Assembly (NCBI GenBank): GCA_965655095.1
Contig: OZ296651.1
Location: 28,148,001-28,212,000 of the forward strand
Source of the DNA: Haplodiscus bocki
Taxonomy: Eukaryota
Direction of reading: 5' to 3'
Length of the DNA: 64,000 bases
Of this stretch, positions 1-13,998 are shown one piece after another. The notes beneath the pieces were generated by a model that had not been told where the DNA came from, did not search any database, and saw nothing but the letters and a program-made list of their open reading frames with translations. Each line of letters starts with the position of its first letter. The first letter of the stretch is position 1. A program made the position numbers and the translations under genes.

Positions 1-1251
1 GTCTCCCTTCAAGGTCTCAGCCTAATGCTTCCTACTTGAGTTGGAGTTTTTGATTAAGAAATCCTTGGATTTGTACCCCTCTATAGAATCTAGATGGACA
101 AGATTTGCCAGAAAGTGATTTTGAATACACACCTCGGTCTTCAAACTTATACTTCTTCAACTCTGTCTGTTTCCTTATTTTCCATCGAGGTGACAATCTC
201 GATAGCTTAATTCCTGAAGTAGATTGCTCCTTTCTAAGTACCTTAAAAATGATATCTCTTTCGGAACTGGAATCTTGATAGGCCAGGAGTTGCAAAAGTG
301 TCTTTAGGTCAGACGTATCTCGAAATTCCAACTCATCTTTCTCGAAAACTACAGCTTTGATTTCTTGTATCAAGTTCTGAATTGACGCTTTCATACTACT
401 ACAGGACTCTTACATTGAAGAATCTCTTGTTTTATTCCTTTCATTGGCTTGAATTCTTCCACCAACATGTACGTTGACAACTTTTTTTCTCTCAAAAATG
501 GGTTTCTTTTTTAAAATCAATTGTTGTATCCTCAATCTATCATTTCTGTTCCGCTTTGAAGGAAAATGTAGCAGTACGACTGCTCCTTTTGTTCTGAATA
601 AAATCAAACTTCAAGGAGAATTGAAAACTGATTCGTTTTTGCAGTTCGTATGAAAAATTTTCAAATGAAAAATATTGAATGCCTATTTCTTCTTCATTTA
701 CGCTGTAAAGCAGGAAATAGTGTTATAACGATTGAAATATGCATTGGGTTGCGCACGCTCAAATCTCTGCGCTAGATTTAGGGGCGGCAGACGTTCGGAG
801 AACAATGACTTCGAAAAATATCTGATGTTGCTGGACTTTTTTCTGTTGCTGCAACTTCTGCCTGAACGGCAAAAAGTTGTGAACTTGGTTGCCGTTCGAT
901 TATATCTTTTCCGCTTTAATTTCTGAAAAAACATATGAAATTGACGGAGAAAAGTTTTGCGCATTGTTGTGTAATTTCCAAAAATCTTCTCTGAGGTTTT
1001 AATCGAAAATTACTCTGAATCAAAACATGTAGTTTGCATCTAATTAAATTGTCTTTCATTGTTTCAAAATGCAAAAAGAAATCAGAAATGCAAGATAAAA
1101 TTTTTCATAGACTCACAGTCGTTAGTTGCGTGCAAAGTGTTTACACCAAAGAGTTGCACCTGAGAACTAGTAATTGCGAAGCTGAACTTCGCCTCTGTGT
1201 TAGTATGCATAGTTTCTTTTTCAGAATTCGCACCCTAGCCTTCAAATTGCG

Positions 1252-2889
1252 ATGTCTGTTTTCCATGTTGCATTCAACATACACGAAACTTACTTGGACC
1301 CTTTCAAACGTGTCTCGGAAAGTCTTGCTTTACTTGCTCTCAACGGCGATCTTGCTGGAACTGTTTCAATTTGCCCTGAAGATGAAGATATTCAAATACC
1401 ACCCCAAGTCGTCACCCCAAAGAAAGACCCTCAGAAGCGAATGAACAGCAAGGCTAACAATAGTAATGCTAAGGTTTGCTTTCTAATTTTCTACGTATAA
1501 AACGTATAACAAAGAAGGCGAACTTAATCAGACATTAAGTGAAACGATTACGTACCAAATGACATAAGACCACTAAATATATATTGGAAAATAGTCTCAC
1601 AGAACATGAAATCATCAATGACGATTATGAATAATAGGTGCGATTTTGCTAATCACAGCCCCAAAAGAAATTGCAATACTATCAGCATTGAAACCAATAC
1701 TGTCGGCACCGCGACATCGTTCTGACTGCTCGGCGGCCGGCATGGGTGCCCTTACTACGGTCGGAGATATTCACCTGTCGCCATTCGTAACAATTTGTTG
1801 TTGGTAAAAAGATCCGTTGAATATATGATAGGAAAGTTAACGGATAGTACGCATATAAATTGCAGCTAATCAGAACATTTTGTCTGTGCCAGATTTATTT
1901 TTTCATGTGTAGTGAGACTCTTTTTAATTTTATGTTTACTGGCTCATGTCATTTAGGAATTCAGCAGTGAAACTTAATGTCAATTTTTTTCGCAAACGCG
2001 CCGTGATTGACCGATTGAGAGAGGCTGAGCCATAATGAAGCACAGTTCCTATTAAATTTTGTTCGTTTTTGTTTACTCTTGACGTCACTCTTCGCTACTG
2101 GGTTTCAAATACTTGTGCTAATTGATATTCTCATATATCAAATATTCTCGATTTTGTTTATGTAAAATTCCCAGCTTATTTTCCGCTTTTTCAAAATGAT
2201 GACCATTCATCGCGTCGAAAAATTGCAAACTATTCAAAGCGTGGAAAATTTTCAAATTTTAGGAACACTCTGAAATTTTCGACGCTTTGAATATTCGACG
2301 CATTGGGAATTTTCGCAGAATTCGCCCAATTCTTATCTTTTCCACGAATCGGTGTGATAATTTCGCTAGCTCCATTTTTTTCACTACTCTAAATTTTTAG
2401 CGCTTAATGCCACCCAATGACAACCATCTTTTTTTATCCCATCTTTTTTTTATTTTTTTTTTGTTGGCATATATATGACCAAAATTTTGAGGGACTAACC
2501 AATTTGATTTTTTTTCGCTCTGATTTTCATCGTGTTTGAGTATTTTTAACGCCCAAACAATCTTGTTTTTGTTTCAGCGCCCAAAAGTCGCCCCGTCAGT
2601 CGCCAGCTCAAAAGCTCCCTCTGGAACATTTGTTGGCTCAGTGACCCCTAATTTTGGAACCATGCCGGATGGCAGAATAATTTGCCCCGTTTGCACCACG
2701 ATTTTGAAAGACATGCAAACTGCCAAACGTCACTTTGATTCCAGCCACAGTGGAATAGTTTTTGAGTGCGAAATGTGTGGATGTAGACAAAACAGGAAGG
2801 ACAACATGAAAACTCATCTAATGAAAAAGCATCAGTTGTCGGCTGACATTGCTGGCATAGTTGCCGGTCGAAGCCAGAAAAGTGCTTGA
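1252..2889 (+). CDS. C2H2 zinc-finger gene 1 of cluster (two exons 1252-1473 + 2578-2889, ~177 aa)
   Basis: Exon 1 MSVFHVAFNIHETYL...NAK ends at AAG|GTTTGC. Exon 2 follows TTTCAG| in phase 0 (RPKVAP...) and holds CPVC..H..H and CEMC..H..H fingers. The N-terminus aligns with the other five paralogues. Confidence 0.8.
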
Positions 2890-3610
2890 GAATACTCAAC
2901 CATGTAGTCGATCATTTTGAAGTAGATTTTGCTTTAGTATTTTTTCAAAAGTCAATTTTTGATTTTCCATTTTATAATTTTTGCCGTATGTCTGGATTCG
3001 ATGACGAAATTCATTTTGCTTAGCCTCTTTTGAGAAAATAGAAGTCGTTGGCGAGCTGCTTTTTGAAATAAACGCATGACAAGTTCTGTGAATTGTGTCT
3101 ATTTAGTCACCTAAGGGATAAAAGCTACCATTTTGTAAATGTTATCATTATAAATATATTGTGAAAATTTCAATATGTACTGTGAGTGTACTGTACACTA
3201 CGAATGCACAGTAACTTCTGAATGATCCGTGACCGTTGTAAACGAATATTGGTCCTACGGCGGTGGCAGGTCAGTGATGTACATTTAAAAAATCTTTTTA
3301 TTAGTTTGTACATGAATTATTTCATCTATATTCATTTAAATACTTTTGTTTGGCAATATTTCGGATTTTAGGCCTTGAAGTATACCGAATCACTGCCAGA
3401 CACAAATTTTCGATCTGAAAAATCGTTGACATCTTTGAATCAATGTTCTTCAGAAAAAAATGCTTATTTAATGGTTATCTGATCAGATCACCTTTGCAAT
3501 TTTTGGTCATTTTTATGCTTCTGAAAAAAAAATTTGGAAGATTCCTTTAATTTTTTGATTTCCTTTATATTGAAAAAAGCCCTTTAAAAATAAAAGTACA
3601 TCACTGGCAG

Positions 3611-4306
3611 CCCGTGTTGGAAAAACATGGCTACCATGCCATGGTCATACCATGATCATGGCGAAACATGTTTATGATCATGCCATGATGACGGCATGGC
3701 AGCCATATTTTTTGACATGTTTGCAATGATTCATGATATGATTACCATGATTTCTTGAAAATAATAATAATTTTCCCTGTTCAATTAGTTGCTGCCCATA
3801 TACAATTATATGGCAAATTTACTGGTTTCAAAGGATTGTACTCCCCGAAAATATCGATTCAGCAAAGTTAAACGAAGATTACTCCAGCAATACTTTTCTG
3901 TTTTAACTAGACAGTAAGTTCTTATCTAAGAGCAGTTTCAATAGACCACGCATAGTACAGCTTTTTGTTACTTTCAGCTTATTTAGAATTTTAAAGAGAT
4001 CGATTTTGGTAAACGTCTTACGGGTAGTTTCTGATGGCTTCGCTCAACATATTCCGCGTTAAAAAGTAAAGGATTACCAGATGGCTACTAATGAACAAAG
4101 ATGGTTGGATAATTAGCTTCCGGACTACGGTATAATAATGACCATGGTAACCATGGCATGATCATGCTATCTTCCATAACGTTCATACCATGATCATGCT
4201 ATATTACATGATGACCATGCTATGATCTTGGCATGATCATACCATGGCGAGTATGAATCACCATGTCGTAGCATGATTGTCATGTTTAATCATTTGTCAA
4301 CACGGG
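3611..4306. mobile_element. MITE with CCCGTGTTG termini and CATG-rich subterminal repeats
   Basis: CCCGTGTTG at 3611 and CAACACGGG ending at 4306; both ends are dense in ccatg/catgat units; no ORF. Confidence 0.7.
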
Positions 4307-5035
4307 TGGGGAATCAAGTGCGAGGGATAGCATGCGGAACAATTTTAGCAAGCTCACCAATTGTCTCCCCAAAACAGTACCCATTGTACTTGATAAATGC
4401 CAGAAACACACGTGACTTTAGTGACAACCTGCGCGCGTCCCAATTGTGAAAAAGAAGGTGAAACGTTTTGCATATTATACAAGTTTTTATAAATCTCCGT
4501 TCAATTGTATTTTTTTCGTTTCTAGAATTTAATCTCATTTTCTCTGCAGTTATTGTTTACTGTTATAATCATTGAATAAAAGGAGAGTCAATCGACTGGG
4601 CAATTTGGCTGTGGTACGATTCTCGAATTCTCTACAAAGTTTTTGTACCTCCACAAAACATACGGCTGAATGAATGATTGAAATGAGAATGTAAATTATA
4701 TTTGTTGTCCGTAGGAACGTTCAAGTTATTGTTTTTACAGCGCACGTTTGAAAAAGCGGAAACAAAGTGGCATTTTGACCTGTTATTTTCCTATTGTGAA
4801 ATCGTTTCTGAACTCCGATTTCCTTGAAATATTTTACTTTTGAGGTCAGTTTTGAACGCATGAATTGATTTTTCTCTTCTTTGTGAGACCACTTCAGTAA
4901 TAAAAAATTATACAATAGTCTGAAAGTCCAAAAATGGTGATTGATTGGATGTTCCGGTTCTGCCGTTCTGTAAAACTTGAAAGACGATATATGGATACTC
5001 CCGAAAAATGCATAAGTCTCTTCTTACTTTCCGAC

Positions 5036-5644
5036 ATGGAAATGTTTCAACTTGAGCTCAATGTTCTGCCATCCTACTTGGCTGTCAATGACAACCAAAA
5101 GATATTCTTCGACCTTAGCCAAACTTTAACCCCCGAAATGTGTTCCACAGGATTCGTTTCACTCTTCAAATTTCAAGGCACTCCAAACACATGTTTCTCA
5201 AGCGCTTTCAGCTCTTATCCCAAGACTTTGAAACGACCTGCAGACTCTTCGCCTGTTCGGAAACGGCCGGCCAAAAGGATACAAGCAAGCCCATTGACCC
5301 AAGACGTCCCTTGTGAGTCTAGCAGCTTTGTTGACCCTTCAAAGGATGGATCCGTTCCTGGAGTAACATCTGGACTTCAATTACCAAGTCAGAAACTTTC
5401 TGATCTGTTTGGAGAATGCGTGGCCGGAGGGGAGAAGTTCTTAATGTGTCTCAATTGTAGCTATAAATCAAAAGATAGAGGCAACATGACGAGACATGTT
5501 CAAAATCAACACGGAATTGCTCGTTCATATGTCTGTTCAACTTGTGGGAAGTCCTTCAGAGAACGCAACAGGCTCAAAGTTCATTACATCAAAGAGCATA
5601 AACTGGCTGAACCTATTGCGAAAGCAGCAGCCACTATGTCATGA
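5036..5644 (+). CDS. C2H2 zinc-finger gene 2
   Basis: ORF 4934-5644; the Met at 5036 (MEMFQLELNV) aligns with paralogue starts. Fingers CLNC..H..H and CSTC..H..H; C-terminal EPIAKAAA. Confidence 0.85.
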   Translation: MEMFQLELNVLPSYLAVNDNQKIFFDLSQTLTPEMCSTGFVSLFKFQGTPNTCFSSAFSSYPKTLKRPADSSPVRKRPAKRIQASPLTQDVPCESSSFVDPSKDGSVPGVTSGLQLPSQKLSDLFGECVAGGEKFLMCLNCSYKSKDRGNMTRHVQNQHGIARSYVCSTCGKSFRERNRLKVHYIKEHKLAEPIAKAAATMS

Positions 5645-5961
5645 AGTCATGAAAAGTTGTTGACTAGCTCCGAAAAACAAAAGGCCAGATTGGTTCTCTC
5701 ATTTAAGACGAGGCCTTTTAAATTTCCAATGTTTTGAACGATTCTCCGTTTGTACGTTTGTAAATGCAGTAAATGGGCTTAAATTAGTTATAATTAGACC
5801 CTTCAGCTGTCAATTTTTTAACCAATTAACCTGCGAAAACTAACCGGTTAATCGATTAACCGGAACGATCCAGTAAAAGAAAATATTAGTTTTTAGACTA
5901 AATATTCCAATTTCTGGTAATACAGAGATATCGATATCACGATTTGTTCGGATGTGAAAAT

Positions 5962-6660
5962 GAGACGGCCAGCTAGCTCAAGACGGCCAGCTAGCTCAAG
6001 CATATTTTTTACCCGATCGCAATGTCTTATAATCAACTGCAACTTTCAAAAAAAATGGAGGAGAGTGTTTTGAATCTAGTTTTCGAACGTTTTCCACAAA
6101 TATCATTTCCACCATTGCTTTCTGCATTTGTTGGCATTATCAATTTATCGGGGCTCCAAAGAAAACTACAATAAAACGCAAATAAATCTGCAATACGAAG
6201 TCTGCGTGACATTTTTATATTCCGGAAAAGGAAAACTGCACTACTGAACTGAATATTTTCTTTCGAAAAGTTTTTTCGACGGAAATTTGAAAAATCGGCG
6301 GAAAATAATAATTTTCATGAGAGTAAAAAAAACTGCTCAAAATTGAATAATAAATTTAAAAAATTATAGGTAAATGCTACTAGAAGTCAAACCCGTACCA
6401 AGAGCTTCACAACCCTGTTGTCCTATCCACTATGCCAACGGGATTTCTGGTATTTTTCAGATTTTAGCTAAAACATAAAAATATATGGCAAGGCGAAGAT
6501 TCGAACCCGGACCTACTACTTGGGAAATTTTTGTCCTAAACCCACTGTCTCGGTCATTCATAATAACTCATAACTTGGCAAATTACTATGGAAAATAAAG
6601 AAAAATGACCATACTGAGTGAATGATTTTTACGTATTCAAAAATATGTGGCGAAAAAAAA
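5962..6660 (-). mobile_element. Helentron/DINE-1-like non-autonomous repeat with tRNA-like segments
   Basis: AGACGGCCAGCTAGC end (duplicated here) shared with the copies at 30214 and 48531; B-box-like GATTCGAACC near 6498 and a tRNA-like stretch at ~6383-6444 on the minus strand. Confidence 0.5.
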
Positions 6661-7746
6661 AACAAAATAGTTTTTGCAAGGTCCTTAAATGAAGAAATCA
6701 TTTTTGCCGAATATGCAGTTCCAAAACAGTTGATAACGCTTTCGAACTAGCTGAAGCTGCCGCGCAAACCTCGGAAAACAATAAAATAACATTATAGCAG
6801 TAGAATACATGTTTCATTTCATCGGTTACAAGTTTGGTTACCGTTTAAAATCTTTAACCGCTTAACCTTTTAACCGCTAACGGCTCTATTTGTAATCTTC
6901 ATTTCACATAATGATTTGAAGAGATTACCCGGAAAACAGTTTTTTGGTCAGCTGTGATTGAACGCCATAAAATCTTTTTACATGCAAACGAAACTTTTTA
7001 GTCATTGACAAACGAATAAGTGGCACTAGGGGTATCGAACATGTGGATGACAAACGATACCGGTAAAATCGATCAGTATTGAGATTTACAGTGTATCCTG
7101 AAACAGTTGAGAAATGAAAAAATTGCTGTCGCATCCGGAGCTCGGCAGGATTGTCCAAAAGTGATTTGAATTTTAAATAAGAGGCACCGCTGCAATGTGA
7201 TACTTTCCGCCCTTGATGGGGAGAGAAGATGGATGCTGAAATCGAGGACGCTGACAGTCTTCATTTTAGTCTTTTATTTTGATCCTCGGTTATGTTTTTT
7301 TTGTGGGTTCCTCCTAACTACCAATGATTGTACGAAAAGGAGTCGTTATTATTTTCAGCCCATATTTTGATTATATCGAAAGAAAATTATTCATTCAACA
7401 TTCAGGTTTTTTAACACCAAATTTGCCATTTGCACGATAAAGCAAAATGCACGCAAAAATATGTCTCCAATTTCTGCTAAATTTCTGTAGAATACTGCTA
7501 CAGTCGTGGTGTTTCTCGAAAATTAGTTTTTGTCATAATATAGGTGCAAAAAATTGATAAATTTTGCACCTTTTTGAGACACTTTTTAGTTCGATGCGGT
7601 ATTTTAAACTTTCTCCCGTAATTTGGAAGGCGGAAAATGCTGCAGTTAGCTCGGCGTCTTGTTTTATTTCATTTAAATATCATCATCATGTAGACAATGC
7701 CGACTTTGATCTGTGCTCGGCTTGTTTACGCTTTGAATCAATATAT

Positions 7747-9338
7747 TGGCGATTACATGTCATTTCTTTCTATGCCATTTCAAGCGCTGCAATTTTAACC
7801 GTTCACACTTTCAACCGTTCACACTTTCAACCGTTAACTTTTCCAACTGTTCACACTGTCAACCGTTCACACGTTCAGCCGCTTGCCTTTCCGACTGCTT
7901 GCAAATGGAACCGCCGCAAAATCGACCTATTGAAGTAAGTTCAAAGGTATTCAGTTTTTCCAAGACGTTCGAAAACAATTGAAGTAAGTGAGTAAGAAAT
8001 CAATTGAACGCCATCAATCGGAATGTCTTACGTAACTTTCGAAGGTCGAATTGGACAAGCTACCAAATAAACCAAACTTGGAAATGATGTTTCCGAACTT
8101 CACCAGAAAAAAATAGATGAAATTTGTATCTGATGAGGAGAACAAACTTGAAGGAGCTTTAATTTCTTGTCAACGACTTTGAATATTTTTCGAAAGGGTC
8201 AGCCAGTCCGTAGTCCAAATGTACTTACTATCTCACAAGAGGCAGTGCCTCTTGGGTTAATTTGTACAGTCAGCCATGTGAATGTTTTGAGACGCACTCC
8301 GGCTGCAAGGAGCCGTCACAACAAAAAATCAAATATCTCTTCAGTTTAGGTTTTCTTTTTCTGCAAAAACAAAACAGAAGAACTGAATTTCACTCAGGAG
8401 ACAAAAGAAAAGATCAGTGACTACAGCTAATCAAATCAAAAGAAAGAAAACATACAAAAAATGTGTATAAATGTTGTTACCTAAATTTTGCTATTTTTCT
8501 GAGATGCGGCACAGCATTTCCGAGCTCTTAAGTGCTTCCGATATTTTGCATCTGTCTTTTAATTTTTTTGTAACAAGGGCGCTTGGAGCACAATAGTCAG
8601 GTAGTTTCCTGATTATCTTTAAACTTCTGCATTTTTGAATGTTTTTCAAGTTCTGTAAGAGTAACTAAGTTTCGGATACTTCGATGGCAATCGCCACAGT
8701 TGGTGTTGAAAATTGGGCTCTTCTCAAAATTTGGTTCACTTCTTCCGCTCTGCATTCTTTGAAATCGCAGTCGCTATTATGAGCACCTTTTGTTTCGATA
8801 ACAGTTTAGTTTTGAGTTTTGAAGATTGCGGGACATTTTTATTTGTAATATTTTGTGCATTGCCAATGCATACAGTTTTTTTATAGTTGTTTATTTCTGG
8901 TTATAACAGCGGCCGCTGTGCTCCGCTGTTTTTCGGCCTCTTTTTGATTCTATAATTTGAACTTGCGTTTTGGAACGTCTGATAGGTGCTGCTACTGTAA
9001 TACTGAATGGCTTCAGTTTTATTATAAATAATTTCGATTAGGAGTATGTGCAAATTGTGTTAGCTTCCTATTATCGGTGTGTTATTTGCTGTTTCCGGTA
9101 ACTAGGACGCTTTTATAATCAAACCTCAAAGTAAATGTAGCGTTTAAAAAGGAATAATTTTAATTACACTTAGATACTGTAATTAATTGATTACTCGATA
9201 ATTGAGGCGGTTGAAATTGCAAGCGATCGAAATTGCTCGCGGTCGAAATTGCACGCGGTCGAAAAGTCAGCGTTTGAAAGTGTGAACGTTTGAAATTGCA
9301 GCGGTTGAAATGACATAGGACGAAATGTCCTGACGCCA
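7747..9338. mobile_element. ~1.6-kb non-autonomous TIR element, copy A
   Basis: Left end catttc..gccatttcaa(g/c)cgc with ttcaaccg repeats; right end gcggttgaaatgacataggacgaaatgtcctgacgcca; colinear with 23770-25231. Confidence 0.7.
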
Positions 9339-9754
9339 TAATAACATTTTAAGCGCAATAAATAAGCTTAAGCGTCGTGAGCTGAAGCATTATAAAATAA
9401 ACGACCGGCTTTATTGTTTTTCACAAATAATGGTGAAGTCGAAGATGTTGATGCTCTGTTTTTGGCTGGATTCCCAGAGGTCTTTCGAAATGTGACATGG
9501 GACATTCCACATGCTTTCACCAAGTCCTTCGACAGCACCTATGGAGCAGTTGCTTTCTCGGGGTAAAGATGTGAGCAAAAAGCAAAGAAGAGTGTCACAG
9601 TTCGTGAAAATTGATTTTTCATGAAAATTGGTCTTTGATTTTACTGATTCGTCTCTCATTTTCTTTGTCAGCAATAAGCGGAAAAAAGCGCAACTTCTAT
9701 AAGCGAAAGAGGCAATAAATGATGTTTTTGTAAGCCATGAATACAGTGCTTTAG

Positions 9755-10390
9755 ATGGAGTTGTATGACATTCATCTCAATTTTTCTGAAGATTTTCTGA
9801 TCTCTCAGTTCAACGAGTTTGGCTATAGCGCTATGCTGCACATTATCAATCCAATTGGCCTTGAAATTTTTTCTGTGCCGGAAACTGTGGGCTCAATTCT
9901 GATCAATCCTTCTTTTCAAAATGAGCCAATTTTCAAAATCACATCAACGTTTAATGAAGTTACATGTCATGCGAAGAAATCTTCGAACGAGCTGTTACAT
10001 CATACCCAGTCGAGAAGACGAGCCGCGCCTAGCCCTGTAAGTGTTCCAAGCAATCAGAAAAGGTCCTTGTTGAGCACAAAACCCTTTACACCAGCCAGTA
10101 GATATTTGGTTTCTGGAGATAGTCGGTCGGTTTTGGAAGAGATGTTTTCTGAAAGCATTTTTCGGGGCGAAAAGTTGTTCATGTGCATGGTATGCAGCTA
10201 CAAGAGCAAGCAAAAAGGCTCCATGCTGAGACATGTGCAATGTGTTCATTCAGACAACCCGCCTTCGTTTCGATGTACAATGTGTGGCACCTGCTTCAAA
10301 GAACGCGGCAACCTGAAAAGTCACTATAAAGGCAAACACAAAATGGAAGACAGTATCGCAAAAGCCGCCGCCAACTTAGCTACGGGATGA
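9755..10390 (+). CDS. C2H2 zinc-finger gene 3
   Basis: MELYDIHLNFSEDFL start; CMVC..H..H and CTMC..H..H fingers; EDSIAKAAA tail. Confidence 0.88.
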   Translation: MELYDIHLNFSEDFLISQFNEFGYSAMLHIINPIGLEIFSVPETVGSILINPSFQNEPIFKITSTFNEVTCHAKKSSNELLHHTQSRRRAAPSPVSVPSNQKRSLLSTKPFTPASRYLVSGDSRSVLEEMFSESIFRGEKLFMCMVCSYKSKQKGSMLRHVQCVHSDNPPSFRCTMCGTCFKERGNLKSHYKGKHKMEDSIAKAAANLATG

Positions 10391-12449
10391 GCGTTGAAAC
10401 TGCCTCGAAACCGCCCTACATCTTTCCGTTGAAAAATTGGACTCCCTGATTAATTTGCATCAAAATCGGTTCGGTGCAAGATGCAGTATCATGTTGTAGC
10501 ATGACTGATTGTTGATTGTGAGTATTCTGCCTGTAGTTGGATAGTTTGTTCAACAACATTAATGACTTAATTTTAAAAATAACACCAAGTTTTTTGATGT
10601 CGCTCGCTGTTCTGGAGACTATCAACAATCCGAGTGCTGCCCAATTCGGCTCCGCACCCAAGGTAGAAATGTGGCTGGAGAGTCCTTTTGTCTCTTTCGA
10701 AAAAAAAATTTCAAGAAAGGGTGATACATTCTCCGTATATTCGTCTGCAATTTTTTTCTGGTTTCTGGGAAAAAGGATATCCCTTCAAAAACAAAAGGTA
10801 ATGTTCGTGTTTCTGGCTTGTAATCCTGGTCTAGGGCTTGGTATAAATTTCTGGTGTCTGAACAGCTTGTCGCATACGCGATGAGAAAATGCACATAACA
10901 ATCGTGCTTTTTTCATTTAAAAAAACTCCTACGAAACCCATTTGGCTACAGAAGGCAAAAAGTTGTTTCATATATGTTTCTTACATTTGACGTTTTCGTT
11001 TTTCGCCTCCGTATTTTTTCATTGAAAGGAAAATTTTTCAATGGCTGGTGCCGTTTTTCTTTTAATTCTTTCCCAGACACGTTTGCCAATTTGGAAATCT
11101 CACTCCAATGAGAATTTGTTTACTTCTTGTTGATAACTATCGCCCACAATAACCTATTATCAACTGATTAGCATTTGGTATTCGCAAAATTATTTGATAC
11201 TACTGGTTATTTTCGACAATATTTTTTCTACATTCCCGATAACTTACTTTATGGATGTTTTCAAAATTTTTATTTTCCTCCCGTATTTCATCACACTTGC
11301 GGAAGCTTCTGTGGGCTCTTGTCCGATACATTCACAAATTGCATTTGTACCTACTTTCTAATGTTACCTAGAATTTGTTCATGCGCTCTCGCTCAGTTGC
11401 AGAAATTTGTTGACGTGGGCTATTCTCCAGCGTGCGCGCTTATTTTGACTAAATAGAGAGTGAATTAACTGCTATAGTTGTTCATATTTGTTACTCTTCT
11501 AGGCAAGTTCATGAGAATTGAGTGAGTTAATTAGATTTCTGTTTAATTGTTCAATCAGTAGTTTTTGTAGTACCGTGGCACCCTTAAAAACCAGTTATAC
11601 TTGTTCAATTTATTCATTAGGATTCCGTTGGCGTCTCTGTGTATATGGAAGGGAGATCATTTATCCAACATTCGAGTTTTGAAAAAATAAAATATATCGA
11701 CTGCAGTACAAGCAAAATTGCACCCTACAATTTTTTTTTGTTTCACTCACTTGTATGATGCGACTAATATAGCAGTTCTTCACAACAAAGTAATGTTCTT
11801 GCCCGAAATTGGGCTTTTTCCGAAGAGAAATTCGTAATTTTTAGGGCGTTTTTTCCATTTTTCTCATTCGTTCCGAAGTTGCCGTAGAATGCCTTTAATT
11901 TACCTGGTTTTCCGAAGAAATAAGAGTTTTGTTTTCCAAAATTGAGGAAGAAGTATCTTTTTTTCGAATTTTAAAGCAAAGTTCGAATAGTTTTATGACA
12001 CTTTCCGGTTTGAAATACATTTTTTTTAAATGTTTGTTCCCTAATTTGTAAGGCGGAAGATATCCCAGGAGTTTGCCGTTCTTTTTTTAATTTTTCCACA
12101 AATTTTGGCATTTCGAAAAATTTAACAACTACAATGGGAGCTCTGTATCTGTTTCGTAGACAGCAGATATGATTCAAGTTTCAAGAAATTTTTTCTTGAG
12201 TCGGCGCTTTCGTTGAAACAGCCGACCCTTGCAATAAGTTTTTTTGCTTTTTAAGATCACGATGAATTGTCCACCTTTTCCCCTATTTTTTTCTCTGCCA
12301 CCCTATTTTAAGGCATGCCATTACAGTCAAAAACAAGGGCGGGCAAGTTCTCAAAACACCAAAGGGTCCCCCTGCGAAGTTTTCAGTACTGTGAGACGAA
12401 AATTTTTGGAAGCGATTTTTTGTAATACTTCCCTCTTTGGTCAACCCAA

Positions 12450-13800
12450 ATTTTCGCCGACCGGTAGTGTCGACTTTAAGTTGTTCTAAGCTCGTTTTTC
12501 GCTTCAAATTCTGAAATCTCATGCAACGTAACAAGTGAATGAAGAAGAAAGCGAGTGAAGAGCTTCTTTGATGTTCAGGTGCTAGAGGTTTAGCTGTGAT
12601 GTCTTCTTGGAATTTTGGCTGAGTGCCAAGATTGCTCTGGGCTTCCGAAAACTCAATTGAAAACATAGCGATTTTCTCATGAAATGAATTTTAACAAAAT
12701 TGCGGCTGATGAATTAGTTTCCAATCACTTGAGTTGCCACGAGCTGTTCTTTACTTGCCTCTTTGTTGCAAAATATATAGATTCCTTCGCCCTGCTTGGG
12801 AAACCGTTTCTTCAAAAGGTAGTGATAGAAGACACGACGGAGTATGGCAAAGCCTTAACTTTTTTCAAAGCTTGGTAGGGTCTCGACGAAAACTTTGATC
12901 TTTACCAGCATGTCAAATCTGAAATATTCTCGGCTTGCTTCTGATAACCGTCTGTTTCTACTTTACAAGGTTTCAATGTTACAGTCTCGAAGCTGTGAAG
13001 ATATTTTAGAAACTGTTGAGATTGATTGTTTTTCACGATGTTTTGTATTCCATGGCTTCAATAAATTGAAATGCGCAATATTGTTATCGAACAGTATTGC
13101 CCAATACAGCTTTTTACCCTAACTTCGAGATACAGAAATTCAGTGTCAGTTTGGGCTCTAGTAGAAGTTCAATTCAATGTGAAGGTGCTTTAATTTCAAC
13201 GTTTAAGACTTCGGATTTTTCGTTCGATGAGAAATTTTCGGCATGTTTCCATTATTTAAAGTCATCTGAAGTCATCGCCCAAACAATCGTTCTTTTTCGG
13301 ATCAGCTTTCCAGAAGCATACATTCAGTATCCTACCTTTCTTGAACATTCATCGAAATTTTTTGCAATTTGTTAACGAAATTTAAAACTTCTCTGGCGAT
13401 ATTGTTATCAAAGAATATCGATGATTACTCCATTTTTCCGCAGACAATTTTTTTGGAGAAAACTTTGAATTTTTCCACTAGCCTGAAGCATACTGATTGT
13501 GAGCCACATGAGTCTAATTTTCACTAATTACTCAAAATTCTCATTTTTTGCAGTTTTCTCTACAAAATGAAAACTATTGGTTAACTAACTTTTTTTCCGA
13601 GAATTTCTACTTTTCAAGAAGACTAATGGTACTAAATGTATGTATGCCGACAATAGTCCAAAGAAGCTCAGTATTTGTTCGGGCGATGCTTAAGGTGAAT
13701 TGCAATCAACGAATGCCGCAAAATTTTGGCAGTGAAGTAATTGAAAAAAAAGTTCTTTGAAATTGAGTTTGGTCATAATAAACTGAACACTGATCTTCCG
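12450..13800 (-). pseudogene. Possible highly decayed non-LTR retrotransposon RT relic
   Basis: Faint echoes of the 'KAFD.V' and 'GV.QG..LS' RT motifs on the minus strand; many stops. Confidence 0.25.
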
Positions 13801-13998
13801 CGAGAGCGAAGCTGAAATTGAGTTCCGTTTGACTTATTTTTGTAGGTCAAAAAGGTGTATTTTCAGAAAGTTGAAGAAAAGCGCAGCAAGCCAAAGAGCA
13901 GTACTTGCATTGTAAACTTTGTTTCCACCCCAGAAGCAATTCAATCATCGATTCACGAACAGCGATAACTTTTCAAAACAACCAACAAGATGCACATA

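Noticed and set aside
32-607. Minus-strand ORFs possibly from a Gypsy RT
   Set aside because: Motif echoes too weak to support a call.
6383-6545. tRNA genes (also ~19490-19590 and ~30780-30840)
   Set aside because: Only A/B-box-like remnants inside repeats; no convincing cloverleaf.
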